Shown here: positions 59,910 to 64,000 of the stretch, piece after piece
How the letters are laid out: each line of letters opens with the position of its first letter
Numbering within the stretch: the stretch's first letter is position 1
DNA from: Selaginella moellendorffii
Lineage: Eukaryota > Plantae > Lycopodiophyta
Direction: 5' to 3'
Assembly: GCF_000143415.4 (NCBI RefSeq)
Contig: NW_003314267.1
Span: 1,247,309 to 1,311,308 of the forward strand
DNA length: 64,000 nucleotides
Translations under genes and position numbers: made by a program
The notes under the pieces: generated by a model
Databases searched by the model: none
What the model saw: the letters and a program-made list of their open reading frames with translations, nothing else
Told to the model about the DNA's origin: nothing

Positions 59910-61817
59910 ATGGCGAGCGAGACGCTGCTCAATCGCGTTGATCCACAGCAGCAATTCGCGCAGCTCATCCGCAGGATTGGTGACTCGCGCAATCTGCCGC
60001 GAGCGAGGGAGATCCACGCGCAGCTCCTGGCCAGCGATCTCTCGGAGGACAAGTACCTCGCTAATCTCCTCATCCAGATGTATGGCAAATGCGGCAGCGT
60101 CGAGGACGCGAGAGGGGTTTTCAATCTCATCCAGGAGGAAGCAAACATCTACTCGTGGAACATGATGCTACACGCGTATGCCGAGAATGGGCATCTGGAC
60201 GATGCGTGGGAGACTTTCGATCGAATGCCCACTCGCGACACAGTGTCCTGGAATGCGATGATCTCGGCGCTGGCGCATCACGGCCAGGCGATCGAGGCCA
60301 AAGCCCTCTTTGATCGGATGCCCGCCCCCAATCTTGTGTCGTGGAACGCGATGATCGCGGCATTTGGGCAGTCGGGGCTTCCCCGCGAGGCTAAGAGCGT
60401 GTTTGATCGCATGAAAGAGCCCAAGAACATCGTCTCCTGGAATTCGCTGCTCCACGCCTATGTTCTTGGCGGTGATTGCGCCGCCGCCATGGCGATCTTC
60501 GAGGCGATGCCGGAGCGAAACGTGATTTCGTGGACTTCGATCATGGTTTGCGTTGCCCAGCGAGGTGATTTGGAAGCAGCGCAGCGGATCTTCGATTCTA
60601 TGCCGGAGAAATCTCTGGTAACCTGGACCGCCTTGCTCCAAGCTTACGCCCAGAATGGGGAGCTCACCGCAGCCGTCCATCTCTTCGCCATTATGCCGGA
60701 GAGGAACGACATTGCTTTTACCACGCTTCTTTCCAGTTTTGGAATCCACGGCCGAGTTAGCGACGCCCGGGATCTTTTTGACAGCATTCCGGAAAAGAAT
60801 CCCTCGTCGTGGAATGCGATGCTTTACGTGTATGCCCAGAATGGGCATGTGGAGGAGGCCATTGATTTGTTCAGCAAGATTCCATATCGGAATATCATCT
60901 CCTGGACTTGCATTGTGGTAATTTTCTCTGACCTTGATGAAGTTGATCGTGCGAAAGAAGCTTTTGACAAAATGCCCCAGTGGAATCTCGTCTCCTGGAC
61001 AACGATGCTTCAAGCATATGCCCTTTCAGGGTATCTGCTACAAGCCATTGAGATGTTCAAGAATATGCCGGAGCACGACGTGGTATCTTCCACCGCGGCG
61101 ATCCTGGCATATTCCCAGGACGGAAGCGTGCGATCCGCCAGGCGGGTGTTCGATTCCCTTCCCGAGCGAAACATCGTGACTTGGACTGCCATGCTCGAAG
61201 CTTACGTCGCAAACGATCTAATGGACGAGGCCGAGGAGACCTTCCACTCCATGCCGGAGATGAGCATCACTCCCGTCACGACCATGATCGCTTTCTTCGC
61301 TCGCAAAGGAAAGCTCGATCGAGCCGAGGATTTGTTCGCCAATCTCCCAGTTTGCGATCTCCTTGCATGGGACGCGATGCTCACAGCCTACGTACGCGGC
61401 GGCCAAAACCACGCTGCGCTAGATCTCCTCTCGGAGATGCAAATCCTTGGAGTCGAGCCGGACGAGATCCTCTACACGAATGTTCTCACCGCCTGTAGCC
61501 AGGGAGGAATGCTCGAGGATGGAATCTACCACTTTGTGTCCATGGTTTCGGACTATGGAATCCAGGCCTCGAGCGAGCACTACTGCTGCATGGTTGATCT
61601 CATGGCCAGAGCCGGGAAGATCAAAGATGCCCAAGACTTGATTGACAACATGCCATTCACACCCAGTGAGATCGCATGGAAATCGCTGCTCAGTGCGAGC
61701 TCTAGAGAACCTTGCAAAGACGAGAAGAATGTGAGGAGCAAAGCCGCAAAGAATGTTATAGACTTGGACTCGAAAAACGTTTTGTCCGCTCCATACATTT
61801 TACTATCAAAGATCTAG
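59910..61817 (+). CDS. PLS-class PPR protein, S-motif-rich, truncated E domain, no DYW
   Basis: LIQMYGKCGSVEDA, tandem 31-aa VSWN/VSWT units, then ACSQGG...EHYCCMVDLMARAG...MPF.P...WKSLL...YILLSKI*. Confidence 0.96.
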   Translation: MASETLLNRVDPQQQFAQLIRRIGDSRNLPRAREIHAQLLASDLSEDKYLANLLIQMYGKCGSVEDARGVFNLIQEEANIYSWNMMLHAYAENGHLDDAWETFDRMPTRDTVSWNAMISALAHHGQAIEAKALFDRMPAPNLVSWNAMIAAFGQSGLPREAKSVFDRMKEPKNIVSWNSLLHAYVLGGDCAAAMAIFEAMPERNVISWTSIMVCVAQRGDLEAAQRIFDSMPEKSLVTWTALLQAYAQNGELTAAVHLFAIMPERNDIAFTTLLSSFGIHGRVSDARDLFDSIPEKNPSSWNAMLYVYAQNGHVEEAIDLFSKIPYRNIISWTCIVVIFSDLDEVDRAKEAFDKMPQWNLVSWTTMLQAYALSGYLLQAIEMFKNMPEHDVVSSTAAILAYSQDGSVRSARRVFDSLPERNIVTWTAMLEAYVANDLMDEAEETFHSMPEMSITPVTTMIAFFARKGKLDRAEDLFANLPVCDLLAWDAMLTAYVRGGQNHAALDLLSEMQILGVEPDEILYTNVLTACSQGGMLEDGIYHFVSMVSDYGIQASSEHYCCMVDLMARAGKIKDAQDLIDNMPFTPSEIAWKSLLSASSREPCKDEKNVRSKAAKNVIDLDSKNVLSAPYILLSKI

Positions 61818-61894
61818 ATTTACAAAGAATTTAGGGCAAAATCTTCAGACTGCCACGTCACACACTTCTTTTTAGGGTTTTTGCGGGGGAATCG

Positions 61895-63564
61895 ATGAAG
61901 AGGAAGAAGATCCGGAGTGGATGGCAGAAGGTCGTGATCCAGGCGGCATTGAGATGGTTGTGTCCAGCTCTCGCAATGGCGGCGCTTCTCGTCCTCATCG
62001 CGGAACTGCGAGTTTGGCCGGATGAGAGCGGCGTCCGAGGGGAGGTAGGCGCGCGTGAGATTTTCTTCTTTCTTGCGGTGTAATTCTGTGAATTGGAAGG
62101 AAAGAAGGCCCGGATCAAAGTGGAGAATGCGAATCCAGAGATTACTGCGACAGGGAGGAAGGAATCGAATCTCGGTAGCCTGGCAATGCCGATGAGGAGA
62201 GCGAAAGGACACAGTGAACGTAAGCGTTTTCCTTTTATGTAAGGCAGTAACGCGCAGTGTTTTTTTTTTTTCCTCTTATGCTTCTTCCAGCATGTTTGAA
62301 GCTCCCAAGCGATGAGGTGATTGAAAAGCTTGAATTCCCATCGAGACTTCCTAGTCCGCTGGGAGATCTTCGCTTTGCCAAGCAGTCGGGAAGTGGTGTG
62401 GAAGCAAACACGAACAGATTTGTGGGATCTCAGACCATGGCTGAGAGAAATAGCTCGTTCCAGGTGAGAACGTTAATAGCTATGCTTCTACACTAAATGT
62501 TTTTTTCTTTACTTGCTAGATTCGCGAGAATATGGAGGTGCATTGTGGTTTCTACGGTGAAGACCCTGGTTTTGACATTGACGAAGTCGACACAGCTTTT
62601 CTAAAAACTTGCAAGGCTGTTGTGACGACTTGCAACTTCGGCGGAGGAGATGATATCTATCAGCCGATTGGCATGTCAGATGCTTCTCTAGCAAAGGTCT
62701 GGCTCATCGATTTCTCTCCTGTTAATCTTCGTTTCTCACAAGAACTTTTCAGGTGTGTTATGTTGCGTTTTGGGACGAGGTGACCCTTTCGCAAATGCCA
62801 GAGGATAAAAGACCATCTCCCGACACTCGCATGGCTGGTTTGTGGAGAGTAGTCGTCGTTCGAAACCTTCCTTTCAACGACCAGCGTCGAAACGGGAAAA
62901 TTCCAAAGGTATTTCGTCCTTATAAAACCTTCTCGCTCATTGCTTTCCGAGTTGGTGCAGTTGCTGGGACACAGACTATTTCCAAACGTAAGATACTCAA
63001 TCTGGGTGGACTCCAAGTACCAGTTCCGTCGTGATCCCATGGCAGTTTTCCATGCCCTGCTGTGGAGTCCCCAGGCAGCGCTGGGTATTTCAGAGCACGG
63101 AGCTCGACGGTGCGTTTATCGTGAAGGCAAAGCCGTGGTGGCCAAGAACAAAGCTTTGCCAGCCGAGGTGGACTTGCAACTCAGCCAGTACCAGGCGGAA
63201 GGATTTCCAGAAAACGCAACTTTCAATGGGCACAAAGGTACTGAACTATTCTTCAATGATTTTTTCGTATCTAAAAACATGTCTCATGTTTTGTTTTGTT
63301 TTTTTTGTTTTTTGTTTTCCAGCATTGGCTGAAGCATCAGTGATTGTAAGAGAACACACTCCAGTGACCAACCTGTTTATGTGCCTGTGGTTTAACGAGG
63401 TGGTCCGCTACACTGCGAGGGACCAGCTGAGCTTTCCTTACGTTCTCCGACGCTTTGGGCTGCTCCAGCTCAACATGTTCCCCGTTTGCACACGCAAAGC
63501 GCTTGTGAATAGCATCGGCCACAGACAAAAGGCAAAACCACTCGAGAGAATTCCCACCGAGTAG
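61895..63564 (+). CDS. DUF616 family protein (TOD1/MUCI70-like), multi-exon
   Basis: VHCGF, TCNFGGGDD, VCYVAFWDE, WRVVVVRNLPF.D.RRNGKIPK|LL.HRLFPN.RYSIWVDSK, EASVIVREH, LWFNEV.RYT.RDQLSF, plus an N-terminal TM segment. Confidence 0.93.
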
Positions 63565-63865
63565 GCAATCAGGTTAGTGCCTTCCACGTTTTAATATTTC
63601 TCCACCTTTCTCTTTTGTTTCTTCTGATATTATTTGGATTCCCTCTTCTGACTTAGATCTTGTTGCAGTCACATTTTTTTCTCGGTTCCGAAAGACGACG
63701 CCGTCTAGCAGCTGGATTTTGCGCGTACGACCCGAACGACCGCATTCACGGCACCTTGACACGGTCCTCGAGCTCAACTCAACTTCCGGGTATAAAAACC
63801 GAAGCAGGCTTTTCCCGGAGATCATCGCCACCACCACCACCACCGTCAACTTTAGCTCGATCGCC

Positions 63866-64000
63866 ATGGGTGTTCCCGAGGATCAACGAAAAGCCGCCGA
63901 AGTTTACACTGGCCAGGCCGTCTTCTCCAAGAAGTCCATGGAGCTCATGGACGAGTTTGGACTTCCATCCGGACTGCTGCCTCTCACAGGCGTGGAAGAA
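63866..64000 (+). CDS. DUF538 family protein, 5' part (runs off the window)
   Basis: AEVYTG......SMELMDEFGLPSGLLPL..VEE. Confidence 0.85.
   Translation, partial: MGVPEDQRKAAEVYTGQAVFSKKSMELMDEFGLPSGLLPLTGVEE

Overview
Gene-dense eukaryotic nuclear DNA from a land plant with flagellated sperm. A Selaginella-type lycophyte is the best inference, from the ~45-75 nt GT-AG introns, intronless S-motif-rich PLS PPR genes, a SOSEKI gene, an axonemal DRC8/EFCAB2-like gene and Crinkler-like relics. Recognisable genes include a PGM-like histidine phosphatase, CYP59, a METTL21-like methyltransferase (apparently frameshifted), a folate-biopterin transporter, a secreted dirigent/AOC-like protein, a secreted Pro/Asp/His/Lys repeat protein, SERINC, prolyl 4-hydroxylase, DRC8, GOT1, SOSEKI, two PPRs, MPC, a TLC-domain protein, ArfGAP, an F-box protein, a CLASSY/DRD1-type SNF2, dienelactone hydrolase, prephenate aminotransferase, LEA_3, DUF616 and a partial DUF538. 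There are three tRNA genes (Leu-CAA, Val-AAC, intron-containing Tyr-GTA). Between the genes lie AT-rich, CpG-poor decayed blocks and many short local duplications whose breakpoints fall inside genes, leaving reciprocal gene relics. The best candidates for new biology are the secreted KMDD/His-Asp repeat protein, the Crinkler-like NTPase-nuclease relics beside a divergent secreted dirigent-like gene, and the recurring duplicate-and-erode pattern, which in one case supplied a gene's stop codon. Exon boundaries were read by eye. Family calls rest on recalled motifs, not on database searches.
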